Assembly: GCF_030028105.1 (NCBI RefSeq)
Contig: NC_092384.1
Span: 17,615,629-17,679,628, forward strand
Source of the DNA: Mobula birostris
Taxonomy: Eukaryota
DNA length: 64,000 nucleotides
Reading direction: 5' to 3'
The notes under the pieces: generated by a model
Databases searched by the model: none
What the model was told of the DNA's origin: nothing
Seen by the model: only the letters and a program-made list of their open reading frames with translations
Translations under genes and position numbers: made by a program
Shown: in pieces, positions 36,920-50,720 of the stretch
Numbering within the stretch: the stretch's first letter is position 1
Layout of the letters: every line of letters begins with the position of its first letter

Positions 36920-39900
36920 AAGAAACATAGAAAACCTACAGAACAATACAGGCACTTCGGCCCACAAATTTGTGCCGAATATGTCCCTACCTTAGATATT
37001 ACTAGGCTTACCTAGAGCCCTCTATTTTTCTAAGCTCCATGTACCTATCCAAAAGTATCTTAAAAGATCCTATCGTATCCGCCTCAACCACTGTTGGCGG
37101 TAAACCATTCTGCGCACTGACCACTCTCTGATTAAAACACATACCTCTGGCATCCCCTCTGTACCTACTCCCCAGCACCTTAAACCTATGTCCTCTTGTG
37201 GCAACCATTTCAGCCCTGGGGAAAAGGCTCTGACGATCCACGCGATCAATGCCTCTCCTCACCTTATGCACCTCTATCAGGTCACCTCTCATCCTCCGTC
37301 GCTCCAAGGAGAAAAGGCCGAGTTCACTCAACCTATTCTCATAAGGCATGCTCCCCAATACAGGCTACATCCTTGTAAATCTCCTCTGCACCCTTTCTAT
37401 GGATTCCACATCTTTCTTTTAGTGAGGCGACCAGAACTGAGCACAATGCTCAAAGTGGGGTCTGATCAGGCTGCAACATTACCTCTCTGCTTCTAAATTC
37501 AATTCCACGATTGATGAAGGCCAATACACCGTATGCCTTTTTTACCACAGAGTCAACTTGCGCAGCTGCTTTGAGCGTCCTATGGACTCGGACCCCAACA
37601 TCCCTCTGATCCTCCACACTGTCAAGAGTCTTACCATTAGTACTATATTCTCCCATCATATTTGACCTACCAAAATGAACCACTTCAGACTTTTCTGGGA
37701 TTAACTCCATCTGCTACTTCTCAGCCCAGTTTTTCATCCTATCAATATCCCGCAGAAACCTCTGACAGCCCTCCGCACTATCCACAACACCTCCAACGTT
37801 TGTGTCATCAGCAAACTTACTAAACCATACGTCTGCTTCCTCAACCAGGTCATTATAAAAATTATGAAGGGTATGGGTCCCAGAACAGATCCCTGAGGCA
37901 CTCCACTGGTGACCGGCCTCCATTCAGAATATGACCCGTCTACAACTGCTCTTTGCCTTCTCTGGGCAAGCCAGTTCTGGCTCCATAAAGCAATGTCCCC
38001 TTGGATCCCATGCCTCCTTACTTTCTGAATAAACATTGTATGGGGTGCCTTATCAAATGCCTTGCTGAAATCCATATACACTACATTTACTGCTGTTCCT
38101 TCATCAATATGACTAGTCACAACCTCAAAAAATTCAATCAGGCTCTTAAGGCACGACCTGCAAAGAACCGGATTTGATCAGGGACCTCGAGGTAAAGGAG
38201 CCATTAGGAGGTAGTGACCATAATATGGTAAGTTTTAATCTACAATTTGAGAGGGACAAGGGAAACTCAGAAGTGTCAATATTACAGTTGAACAAAGGGA
38301 ACTATGGTGCTATGAGGGAGGAGCTGGTCAAAGTTCAATGGAACAATACCCTAGCAGGGATGACAGTGGAACAGCAACAGCAAGTGTTTCTGGAAATAAT
38401 GCGGAAGGTGCAGGTTCAGTTCGTTCCACAGAGGAAGGAAGATCCTAAGGGGAGTAAGGGAGGCAGTGGCTGACAAGGGAAGTAATGGACAGCATAAAAA
38501 TAAAAGAGAAGAAGTATAACATAGCAAAGACGAGTGGGAAGCCAGAGGATTGGGAAACTTTTAGAGAGCAACAGAAGGTAACTAAAAAGGCAATACGCGG
38601 AGAAAAAATGAGGTACGAGGGTAAACTAGCCAAGAATGTAAAGGAGGATAGTAAAAGCTTCTTTAGGTATGTGAAAAGTTAAAAAATAGTGAAGACCAAA
38701 ATTGGGCCCTTGAAGACAAAAGCAGGTGAATTTATTACGGGGAACAAGGAAATGGCAGACGAGTTGAACAGGTACTTTGGATCTGTCTTCACTAGGGAAT
38801 TCACAAACAATCTCCCAGATGTAATAGTGGCCAAATGACCTAGGGTAATGGATGAATTGAAGGAAATTAATATTAGGCAGGAATTAGTGTTGGATAGGCT
38901 GTTGGGTCTGAAGGCTGATAAATCCCCGGTACCTGATGGTCTGCATCCCAGGGTACTTAAGGAGGTGGCTTTAGAAATCGTGGATGCATTGGTAATCATT
39001 TTCCAATGTTCTATAGATTCAGGATCAGTTCCAGTGGATTGGAGGGTGGTTAATGTTGTCCCTCACTTCAAGAAAGGAGGAAGAGAGAAAACAGGGAATT
39101 ATAGACCACTTAGCCTGACGTCAGTGGTGGGAAACATGATGGAGTCAATTATAAAAGATGAAATTACGACACATCTGGATAGCAGTAACAGGATCGGTCC
39201 AAGTCAGCATGGATTTACGAAGGGGAAATCGTGCTTGACTAATCTTCTGGAATTTTTTGAGGATGTAACTATGAAAATGGACAAGGGAGAGCCAGTGGAT
39301 GTAAGTGTACCTGGACTTTCAGAAAGCCTTTGATAAAGTCCCACATAGGAGATTAGTGGGCAAAATTAGGGCACAAGGTATTGAGGGCAGAGTACTGACA
39401 TGGATTGAAAATTGGTTGGCTGACAGAAAACAAAGTGTAGCGATTAACGGGTCCCTTTCGGAATGGCAGGTGGTGACCAGTGGGATACTGCAGGGTTCGG
39501 TGCTGGGACTGCAGCTGTTTACAACGTATATTAATGATTTAGATGAGGGAATTAAAAGTAACATTAGCAAATTTGCTGATGACACAAAGCTGAGTGGCAG
39601 TGTGAAATGTGAGGAGGATGTTATGAGAATGCAGGGTGACTTGGACAGGCTGGGTGAGTGGGCAGATGCATGGCAGATGCAGTTTAATGTGGATAAATGT
39701 GAGGTTATCCACTTTGGTGGTAAGAACGGGAAGGCAGGTTATTATCTAAATGGAGTCAAGTTAGGAAAAGGGGAAGCACAACGAGATCTAAGTGTTCTTG
39801 TACATCAGTCACTGAAAGCATGCATGCAAGTACAGCAGGCAGTGGGAAAAAAAAGCTAGTGGCATGCTGGCCTTCATAACAAGGGGAATTGAGTATAAGA

Positions 39901-42900
39901 GCAAAGAGGTTCTTCTACAGCTGTACAGGGCCCTGCTGAGACCACACCTGGAGTACTGTGTGCAGTTTTGGTCTCCAAATTTGAGGAAAGACATTCTTGC
40001 TATTGAGGGACTGCAGCGTAGGTTCACAAGGTTAATTCCCGGGATGGCAGGACTGTCATATGTCGAAGGATTGGAGCGACTAGGCTTGTATACTCTGGAA
40101 TTTAGAAGGCTGAGAGGGGATCTTATTGAAACATATAAGATTATTAAGGGATTGGACACGCTGCAGGCAGGAAGCATGTTCCCACTGATGGGTGAGTCCA
40201 GAACCAGAGGCCACAGTTTAAAAATTATGGGTAGGCCATTTAGAACGGAGTTGAGGAAAAACTTTTCACTCAGAGAGCGGTGGATATATGGAATGCTCTG
40301 CTCCAGAAGGCTGTGGAGGCCAAGTCTCTGGATGCTTTCAAAAAAGAGATGGATAGAGCTCTGAAAGATAGTGGAACCAAAGGTTATGGGGATGAGGCAG
40401 GAGCCGGATACTGATAGTGGATGATCACAGCGAATGGCGGTGCTGGGTCGAAGGGCCGAATGGCCTACTCCTGCATCTATTGTCTATTGTCTATTGTCTG
40501 CCCTTGACAAAGAGATGCTGACTATTCCTAATCATATCATACCTATCCAAATGTTCATAAATCCTGCCTCTCAGGATCTTTTCCTTCAACTTACCAACCA
40601 CTGAGGTAACAGTCATTGGTCTATAATTTCTGCGCTATCTCTACTCCCTTTCTTGAATAAAGGGACAACATCCGCAACCCTTCAATCCCCCGGAACCTTT
40701 CCAGTCCCCATTCATGATGCGAAGATCATCGCTAGAGTCTCAGCAATCTCCTCCCTCGCCTCCTATAGTAAACTGGGGTACATCTTATCCGGTGCCGGCG
40801 ACTTATCCAACTTGATGCTTTCCAAAAGCTCCAGCACATCCTCTCTATTAATATCTACATGCTCAAAATTCTCAGTCTGCTGCAAGTCATCACACAATCA
40901 CCAAGATCCTTTTCCATAATGAATACTGAAGTAAATTATTCATAAAGTACCTCAACTATTTCCGCTGGTTCCATACATACTTTCCCATTGTCACACTCGA
41001 TAGGTCATATTCTTTCATGTCTTATCCTGTTGCTCTTCACATACTTGTAGAACGCCTTAGGGTTTTTCTTAATTCTGCCCGCCAGAACTTCTCATGGCCC
41101 CGTCTGGCTCTCCTAATTTCCTTCTTAAGCTACTTCCAATTAGCTTTATAACCTTCTAGATCTCTAACATTACCTAGCTCTCTGAAACTTTTGTAAGGTT
41201 TTCTACTTGACTAGATTTGTCACAGTCTTTGAACACCACGGTTCCTGTGCCCTACCATAACTTCCCTGTCTCATTAGAACGTACCTGTGCAGAACTCCAC
41301 ATAAATATCCCCTGAACATTTGACACATTCCATCTGTACTTTCCCTTGAGAACGTCTGTTCCCAATTTAAGCTTCCAATTTCCTGCCTGATAGCCTCATA
41401 ATTCCGCATACTCCAATTAAACACGTTTCTAACTTGTCTGTTCCTATCTCCAATGCCATTGTAAGGGTGACAAAATTATGATCACTGTCTCCAAAATGCT
41501 CTCCTACTGAGAGATCTGACACTGGACCAGATGCATTTCCCAATACCAAATCAAGTACAGCCTCTCCTCTTGTAGGCTTATCTATATATTTTGTCAAGAG
41601 TCCTTCCTGAACTCACGTAACAAATCCACCCCATCTAAACCCCTTGCTCTAGGGAGATACCAATCGATATTTGGGAAATTAAAATCTCCCATCACGACAA
41701 CTCTTATTATTACACCTTTCCAGGATCTGTTTTCCTATCTGCTCCTCGATATCCCTGTTACAGTTGGGCGACCTATAAAAAACACCCAGTAAAGTTATTA
41801 AACTCTTCCTGTTCGTAACCTCCACACACAGAGGCTTCGTAGACAATCCCTCCATGGCGTCCGCCTTTTCTGCATCCATAACACTACCTCTGAATAAACG
41901 TGCCACGCCCCCACCTCTTTAGCCTCCCTGTCCTGTCTGAAACATCTAAAAGCCGGCACTTGAAGTAACCATTCCTGTCCCCGCGACATCCAAGTCTCTG
42001 TAATGGCCACCGCATCATATCTCCAAGTACTGATCCACGCTCTAAGCTCATCCGCTTTGTTCACAACACTCCTTGCATTAAAATAGACGCATCTCAAACC
42101 TTCGGTCTGAGCGAGTCCCTTCTCTATCACTTGCCTATCCTCCTTCTCGCACTGTATATAGGCTTCCGCTATTTGGGAGCCAAATTCCTCTTCCCCAGTT
42201 TCTTCAGTTCTGTTCCCACCCTCTAACAATTCTAGTTTAAACTCTCCCCAGTAGCCTTAGCAAATCTTTTATACAGGTCACACCTGCCCCAAAAGAGGTC
42301 CCGATGACCCAGAAATCTGAATCCCTGGCCCCTGCTCCAATCCCTCAGCCGTGCATTTATTCTTCATCTCATTCTATTCCTATACTCACTGTCACCTGGC
42401 ACAGTCAGTAATCCCGAGATTACTACCTTTGCGGTTCTGCTTCTCAACTTCCTTCCTAATTCCCCGTACTCTTTTATCTGAACTTCTTCCATTTTCATTG
42501 GTACCAATATGTACCACGACCTCTGGTTGTTCTCCTTCCCACTGCAGGATGTCCTGTACACTATCTGAAACATCCCGGACCCTGGCACCTGGGAGGTAAA
42601 CTACCATCCGAGATTGTTTCCTGCGTCCGCAGAATCGCCCGTCTGACTCCCTAACTATAGAGACGCCTATCACTACTGCCTTCCTCTTCCTGTCTCTACC
42701 CTTCTCAGCCACAGGGACAGACTCTGTGGAAGAGGTACGGCCACTGTCGCTTCCCCCAGGGAGGCTATCTCAAACAGGAGGACTTTCTGTTAAGGGGTAC
42801 AGCCACAGGGGTATTCTCTAGTACCCGACTCTTCCCCTTCCCCCTCCTGACTGTGACCCACCTGTCTGTCTCCCGTGGCCCCGGTGTGACTATCTGCTTA

Positions 42901-43340
42901 TAACTCCTTTCAATCATCTCCCCGCTCTCCCTGACCAGACGAACGTCATGGAGCTGCATCTCCAGCTTCCCAACTGGGTCCCGTAGGGGCTGCAGCTCGA
43001 CACACCTGCTGCAGATATGGCCATCCGGGAGGCTGGGAAACTCCAGGACCTCCCACATCTGACACCGAGCACAGAAAACAAGCCTCACATATATCCTTCC
43101 TCCTTTCGGCAAATAAAACCGGTAAACCTACCTCGCCTCGTCCCGTTACCGCCTAAGGCAGTTGAGCCAAAGACCTATCACTCTTCCTCCTCTCACTCCG
43201 CTGCCCGCTGGTTATGGCGGTCTTCTTATGAAACCTTTTGCGCTCTACTGGCTGACATCACGCGCCTGCGCAGTCTTGCCTCTTTTTTACCACGGACGGT
43301 AAAAATTGCCTTGGCTCCGAAAATCAGCCGTCCACTCGCA
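36920..43340 (-). mobile_element. Formerly full-length CR1 (5' UTR, esterase ORF1, APE, RT), degenerate, split by a plus-strand CR1
   Basis: ORF1 CARC/CSRC, VIGVS, VHIGTNE; APE YFNARS, DHN; RT resumes across the insert (GCACGACCTG|CCCTTGAC). Confidence 0.88.
38161..40500 (+). mobile_element. 5'-truncated CR1 of another subfamily nested in the minus-strand CR1
   Basis: GSDHN, QHGFTKGKSCLTNL, KFADDTK; (CTATTGT)n tail at 40477-40497. Confidence 0.92.
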
Positions 43341-43940
43341 GCCTTCATCCTCCGAATCAAAAAAATATATATTGCCTCTCAGGCTTCATATAACTATGCT
43401 TTGTTCTTCACCAACGGAGAGGATTATCACGATCCAGATCCAAAATCTGGGTCGCAAATTCACAGTAGAAATTAATGTAGTATTTATCCAGTCACCAAAC
43501 ACACGAATGCAGCAGAATTAGACTATTCGCAGAGAGAATATGAATTGCATCTGTTCACCGGGACCCAGAGAACCGCGCTTCTTCATCAATAGGGAATAAT
43601 CATTTCGGATCTGTATGTTCATTAATAACAGCCTCCAAGCACTGTAAGATGAACAGTCAACCGATTAGAATATATACATGTGAAGGAGAAAACATGAAAC
43701 GATGTGGTTCTGCAAAGAAAAGGAGTGTCTGTCGGGCAATGTAATTGGTGGAAACGCACAAATTTCACAACCACCGATATTGAGGAGGGTTCACTTCAAG
43801 AGGCAAGACTGTGACAACGTAGTTAAACGAAGTTGTTTTTACCGCGCTTTTCTGTTCAATGTCTGAGTTCAATAAATTAGTTATTACGGCTTTTCTTAAA
43901 TATAAAACGTCTCAACCATTTTTATTTGCGAAGATCTATA

Positions 43941-44870
43941 TAGGTGACTCCGAAGTTCTGGGACGATTCCAGGGTTATTGAACATGTCGGCTAACACAGC
44001 GCTTTGAAACTGCCGGAGTTCTGGCAAAATGCCATTGCTTGGTTTGCACAAGTCGAGGCCCAATTCGCATTATGAGAAATATTCACCGACGACAACAAGT
44101 TCCACTATGCGCTTGAGTTACTCAGCAACACCACGGCTGCGAGAGGGGATCTACCAATAAAAATGCCAGAACACGATAAATACCGACCTCTGAAAATTCA
44201 GCTTTTACAGACTTTTGGACCATCTGAACCTGGGCACGCCAAACAATTGTTCTCTATGCCCGTTCTCTGGGATGCTAAGCTCTATGAGCTCATGGACCAC
44301 TTGCTGTCTCTCCTAGGAAATGAGCAATCTTGTTTCATTTTTTAAAGAATTCTTTATGCAGCAAATTCCTGATCAATTTCGAGTAGCACTGGCTAATACA
44401 CCCCTGAAGGACCATAGCGAGCTTGCTAAAATTACTGGTAGTCTACACACAGCCAGTCAATTGGACTCGGACACGGAGACTGGAATTGGATTCGAACTCG
44501 GAACCTGAACTTCGACCCGGACACGGAGCCTGGATTTAGACTCGGAACTGTTAGTCGATCTTAAGAACTGCCGGCCTGTGGATATCTTGGAATTGGTCTC
44601 GTTACCCTGCTCTCCCTGTAAGTTCCGCACAACGTTTCTGTTAAACACATGTACCACCGCAAGTGAGTTTATTCGACTGCGAATTTCTAAACCTCACCAA
44701 ACCCACAAGCTCCATTATCACCACAACCTCGATCCAGGTTTGATCGAGGGACGACTGCACAGGGGCGTCAGCGATTTAGACAAGCAGGAAGAGTTTAAAA
44801 GCAGATCATGTTACAAGGGTGGTGGAAGCGGACCCAAGTGCAGTACACCGTCACGTATGTATCATTAACA
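43941..44870 (+). mobile_element. Internally deleted Ty3/Gypsy remnant (gag N-terminus)
   Basis: LKLPEFW...WFAQVEAQF Gypsy-gag motif from about 44004; degenerate tRNA-Trp-like PBS TAGGTGACTCCGA at 43941. Confidence 0.7.
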
Positions 44871-45019
44871 AAAGCGTGTCAATTAACAGTTGCCTGGAAG
44901 GGCGGGAATAGAGGATTAGATGCTTACGTGGCCGTGAACATCCTCGCCTCCGTGGGGTACGTCAGGACGTCTTTGCCGTTACCCTGAGGCTGGACTGTTC
45001 CCTCCCCTTCCCTTCACCT

Positions 45020-45190
45020 TCTTCCTGAAGCCTTGTCTGAAGCCTTTGCCTGAAGCCTCTGCCTGTAGCCTCTGCTTGCAACCTCTGCCTGAGGACTTGC
45101 CTGAAAACTGTGCCTGAGGCCTTGCCTGCAACCTCTGCCTGAGCTGTTAACTGCATACTCTGCCTGAAACCTTGCCTGCAACCTCGCCTG
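45020..45190. repeat. Imperfect about 12-bp minisatellite (GCCTGAAGCCTT-like)
   Basis: About 14 degenerate TGCCTG(A/C) units. Confidence 0.7.
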
Positions 45191-45804
45191 CGTCCTCGCC
45201 TGTATCGCTGTGAAGTTCCACTGCCGGAGCAAGACTGGAAGCTTGCTGTGTCCAGATAAAGAACTCTGTTTCGTTGTTTGGAACTGTCTCTTTGTGTCCT
45301 CGCCTTCCCTAGGTAGGTCGGGACGTTTGCCGCTACCTAGTGTTCAAACTGTATCTGTGTCCACGCCATCGCCAAGTAGGTCTGGCCATTTGTCGCTACT
45401 TTTTGTTAGTCGTGTTCAGCATTCTGTGTAGAGACCCGGCCCAAGTCCCATTACCCAGGAGAGGTCCCGGCTCTGTGTGCCATGTCCGAGTCCCGGGCCT
45501 AACTCCTGTTCCCAAGGAAGGGTCCTGGCTCTGTGTTCCATGTCCCTCTGTTCCTGTCTCTCAAGTCCAAGGCTTCGTGTTCCCGTGCTCCTGACCAAGG
45601 CTTTGTGTTCCTGTCCTGTCTCCCAAGATTACGTCATGTCTTCGCCTAGTTCTGGAGTCCAAGCCCGAAGTCCCAGGTCTGGCTTAGAGTGCGAACCCAA
45701 GCCTTCCAAAATTTAAAAAATCGTTTTTATCACATAACCAGACATGGGTTTCTTGTAAAAAATTATAGCAGGTTGGAATCGGTTAATAATTTTAAATGTT
45801 TTAG

Positions 45805-46320
45805 AACATAGAACATAGAATAGTAGAGCACATTAAAGGCCCTTCGGCCCACAATGATGTGCCGACCCACAAGCCCTGCCTCCCATATAACCCCCCAACT
45901 TAAATTCCTCTATAGACCTTTCGAGTAGTCTCTTAAACGTCACGAGCGTTTCCGCCTCCACCACTGACTCGGGCAGTGTATTCCACGAACCAACCTCTCT
46001 CTGAGTAAAAATCTTCCTCTAATATCCCCCTTGAACTTCCTACCCCTAACCTTAAAGCCACGTCCTCTTCTATTGAGCAGTGATACCCCGTGGAAGAGGC
46101 GCTGGCTATCCACACCATCTATTCCTCTTAATATCTTGTACACCTCTATCATGTCTCCTCTCATCCTCCTTCTCTCCAAAGAGTAAAGCCCTAGCTCCCT
46201 TAATCTCTGATCATAATCCATGCACTCGAAACCAGGCAGCATCCTGGTAAATCTCCTCTGTACCCCTTCCAATGTTACCACATCCTTCTTACAGTGAGGC
46301 AACCAGAACTGGACTCACTG
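45805..46320 (-). mobile_element. CR1 3' fragment
   Basis: ORF 45940-46302 RRFTRMLPG...RRRMRGD; AGAACAT tail repeats; same family as 1-932. Confidence 0.9.
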
Positions 46321-47927
46321 TTCCAACCAACACACATCAAAGTTGTTGGTGAACGCAGCAGCCCAGGCAGCATCCCTAGGAAGTGGTACAGGAAGATAAG
46401 CACTGGATGAGATTGTAACTATGATTTATGGAGGCCCGTATATAATTGGCCTGCCTAAAGTATCTGCAGTCGTGCTTCTATAGCAAATAGAATAAATTAA
46501 ATAGTTAACTTCTTTGCGAGTTATCAAAATTGATACAGAGGAAAAATTCCCCTGTCAGCTATGGAGCACGTAAATCATGTATATTTAATAAATATACTGT
46601 GTGAATTCTTTAAACACAACGTGACCGTGGTACACCAGTCATCATGCAGCCCTAACGGTGTGTGATCTTGGTTTAATGGCTATCACATCCGATACAGTTG
46701 GAAATGAGGCTCTGCTGCGCACTTTCTCTTCGTACGAGGGTAACACTGCACAAGGCTTAGAAATTAATTTATTCATGAGAGCCCTGCATTACCTCGCTAT
46801 GTACTTTTGTAACATTTTCACTCTGGGATTGAACCCCATTATATCTAATTTCTTATTCATTCCTCATTAAGACCACTCTACTCCCATATATTTATTAGAT
46901 CCTCACTAAATTCTTTTTTATTCTTTCTAAAAGAATGAAAAATCGTAGATGTCTCCACAGCATCGCCCATCTGCCTGCCTCTAACATCTAAAACATTCCT
47001 TTAACTCTTATGACATGGAATACATTTTTCAGTGTATTCTGTAATTATATACAAAAGAAAATTTAAGATTACTTTGTAATGCATATTTAAACAGCTTTGT
47101 TCCATAGAGGACCTTAAAATTCTGCGAAAATGAATAGTTTTCTTTGCTAAATGTAATGCATCTGCCCCTTTTTGAATGCAAATATTTTCTGCCTATCCAT
47201 TTTCCTCTTGGCATGTTTTCACAGTATTTCCTTTGATGCTTTTCGGACAATTAAAAACAACACAAATTATTTTGTAAAACGATAAGTAGACAAAATGATG
47301 ATCATGCATTTGAACGTCTTTTCTAAAGTTAAACAGGCTGAAGTTATGGATCTATATCTGCTACTGTGCGATCGAGAATCTCCGGAGGGAAGGCCTCAAA
47401 TCCTCGGCCTCATCTATTTTCTGTTGCTGGGGCCGGGGTGGAAGCGCTCGGCAGAGCTGGTGCTCAGTGCATTGGTGTCGGAGAGCTGGTCGGAGGTTCG
47501 GAGTTTTCGGACGGACTCGCAGTCGGACTGTGGTCGGATGCTTCCGGAATGCTGCTTCGACCCCTGGAGCGTAGAAGAATGAAGGGAGATTTGATAGAGG
47601 TATATAAAATTATGATGGGTATAGATAGAGTGAATGCAAGCAGGCTTTTTCCACTGAGGCAAGGGGAGAAAAAAACCAGAGGACATGGGTTAGGGGTGAG
47701 GGGGGAAAAGTTTACCATAGAAACCATAGAAACTACAGCACAGAAACAGGCCTTTTGGCCCTTCTTGGCTCTGCTGAACCATTTTCTGCCTAGTCCCACT
47801 GACCTGCACACGGACCATATCCCTCCATACACCTCCCATACATGTATCTGTCCAATTTATTCTTAAATGTTAAAAAAGAACCCGCATTTACCACCTCATC
47901 TGGCAGCTCATTCCATACTCCCCCACT

Positions 47928-50618
47928 CTATATGTGAAGAAGCCCCCCCCCAATGTTCCCTTTAAACTTTTCCCCCCTCGCCCTTAACCCATCTCCTCTG
48001 GTTTTCTTCTCCCATTGCCTCAGTGGAAAAAGTCTGTTTGCATTCACTCTATCTATACCCATCATAATTTTATATACCTCTATCAAATCTCCCCTCATTC
48101 TTCTACGCTCCAGGGAATAAAGTCCTAACCTATTCAACCTTTCTCTGTAACTGAGTTTCCCAAGTCCTGGCAACATCCCTGTAAACCTTCTCTGCACTCT
48201 TTCAACCTTATTTATATCCTTCCTGTAATTTGGTGACCAAAACTGATCACAAAACTCCAGATTCGGCCTCACCAATGCCTTATACAACCTCATCATAACA
48301 TTCCAGCTCTTACACTCAATACTTTGATTAATAAAGGCCAATGTACCAAAAGCTCTCTTTACGAACCTGTCAACTTATGACGCCACTTTTAGGGAATTTT
48401 GTATCTGTATTCCCAGATCCCTCTGTTCAACAGCACTCCTCAGTGCCTTACCATTAACCGTGTATGTTCTACCTTGGTTTGTCCTTCCAACGTGCAATAC
48501 CTCACACTTGTCTGTATTAAACTCATTCTGCCATTTTTCAGCTCATTTTTCCAGCTTGTCCAAGTCTGTCTGCAGGCTCTGAAAACCTTCCTCACTGTCT
48601 ACTACACCTCCAATCTTTGTATCATCAGCAAATTTGCTAATCCAATTTACCACATTATCATCCAGATCATTGATATAGATGACAAATAACAATGGACCCA
48701 GCACTAATTCCTGTGGCACACCACTAGTCACAGGCCTCCACTCAGAGAAGCAATTCTCTACCACCACTCTCTGGCTTCTTCCAGTGAGCCAATGTCTAAT
48801 CCAATTTACCACCTCTCCATGTATACCTAGCGACTGAATTTTTCTAACTAACCTCCCATGCTGGACCTTGTCAAAGGCCTTACTGAAATCCATGTAGACA
48901 ATATCCACTGCCTTCCCTTCATCCACTTTCCTGGTAACCTCCTCGAAAAACTCCAATAGATTGGTCAAACATGACCTACCACGCACAAACCCATGTTGAC
49001 TCTCCCCAATAAGTCCCTGTCTATCCAAATGCTTGTAGATTCTGTCTCTTAGTACTCCCTGCAATAACTTACCCACTACCGACGTTAAACACACCGGCCT
49101 ATAATTTCCCGGATTACTTTTCGATCCTTTTTTAAACAACGGAACAACATGAGCCACTCTCCAATCGTCCAGCACCTCACCAGTAGACAGCGACATTTTA
49201 AATATTTCTGCCAGGGCCCCCGCAATTTCAACACGAGTCTCCTTCAAGGTCCGAGGGAACACTCTGTCAGGTCCCGGGGATTTATCCACTTTAATTTTCC
49301 TCAAGACAGCAAGCACCTCCTCCTTTTCAATCTGTACAGTTTCCAGGATCTCACTACTTGATTCCCTCAATTCCATAGACTTCATGTCAGTTTCCTTAGT
49401 AAATACAGACGCAAAAAACCTATTTAAGATCTCCCCCATTTCCTTTGGTTCCGCACATAGCCGACCACTCTGATCTTCAAGAGGACCAATTTTATCCCTT
49501 ACAATCCTTTTGCTCTTAATATACCTGTAACAGCTCTTTGGATCATCCTTCACTTTGACTGCCAAGGCAACCTCATGTCCTCTTTTAGCCCTCCTGATTA
49601 CTTTCTTAAGTATTTTCTTGCACTTCTTATACTCCTCAAGCACCTGATTTACTCCCTGTTTCCTATAAGTTTCATACAACTCCCTCTTCTTCTTTATCAG
49701 AGTTGCAATATCCCTTGAGAACTAAGGTTCCTTATTCCTATTCAATTTGCCTTTAATCCTGACAGGAACATACAAACTCTGCACTCTCAAAATTTCCCCT
49801 TTGAAGACTTCCCACCTACTAATCACATCTTTGCCAGAGAACAACCTGTCCCAATCCACGCTTTCTAGATCCTTTCTCATTTCTTCAAAGTTGGCCTTCT
49901 TCCAGTTCAGAACCTCAACCCTAGGACCAGATCTATCCTTGTCCATGATCAAATTGAAACTAATGGTGTTATGATCACTGGAACCAAAGTGCTCCCCTAC
50001 ACAGACTTCCGTCACTTGTCCTAACTCGTTTCCTAACAGGAGATCCAATATTGCATCCCCTCTAGTTGGTCCCTCTATATATTGATTTAGAAAACTTTCC
50101 TGAACACATTTTACAAACTCTAAACCATCTAGACCCCTAACAGTATGGGAGTCCCAATCAATGTATAGAAAGTTAAAATCCCCTACCACCACAACTTTAT
50201 GTTTCCTGCAGTTGCCTGCTATCTCTCTGCGGATTTGTTCTTCCAAGTCCCGTTGACTATTGGGTGGTCTGTAATCCAATTCCACTAATGTGGCCATACC
50301 TTTCCTGTTTCTCAGCTCCACCCATAAGGACTCGGTAGACAAGCCCTCTAATCTGTCCTGCCTGAGCACTGCTGTAATATTTTCCCTAACAAGCAATGCT
50401 ACTCCCCCACCTTTCATTCCTCTGCCTCGATCACATCTGAAACATCGGAACCCTGGAATATTAAGCTGCCAGTCCTGCCCCTTCTGCAGCCAAGTTTCAC
50501 TAATTGCTATAACGTCATAATTCCACGTGTCAATCCACGCCCTCAACTCATCCGCCTTCCCCGCAATACTCTTAGCATTGAAATATATACACCTCAGAAG
50601 ATATTTACGACCACTCAC
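47928..50618 (-). pseudogene. CR1 ORF2 (APE plus RT) with three in-frame stops and a terminal poly-G frameshift
   Basis: The three ORF segments share one frame; stops at 49722-49724, 48543-48545 and about 48377; GSSDHN, FADD. Confidence 0.9.
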
Positions 50619-50720
50619 AACCTTTCTATCAGCGGATTTGCTTGAACTCTTTACATCAAATCATTTTCACCCCAGCCACACTGTCAGCTCTGCCACTCTG
50701 GTTCCCATCCCCCTGCAAAT

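Noticed and set aside
43017-43475. 152-aa plus-strand ORF
   Set aside because: Antisense to the GC-rich CR1 5' UTR/ORF1 start; no recognisable domain
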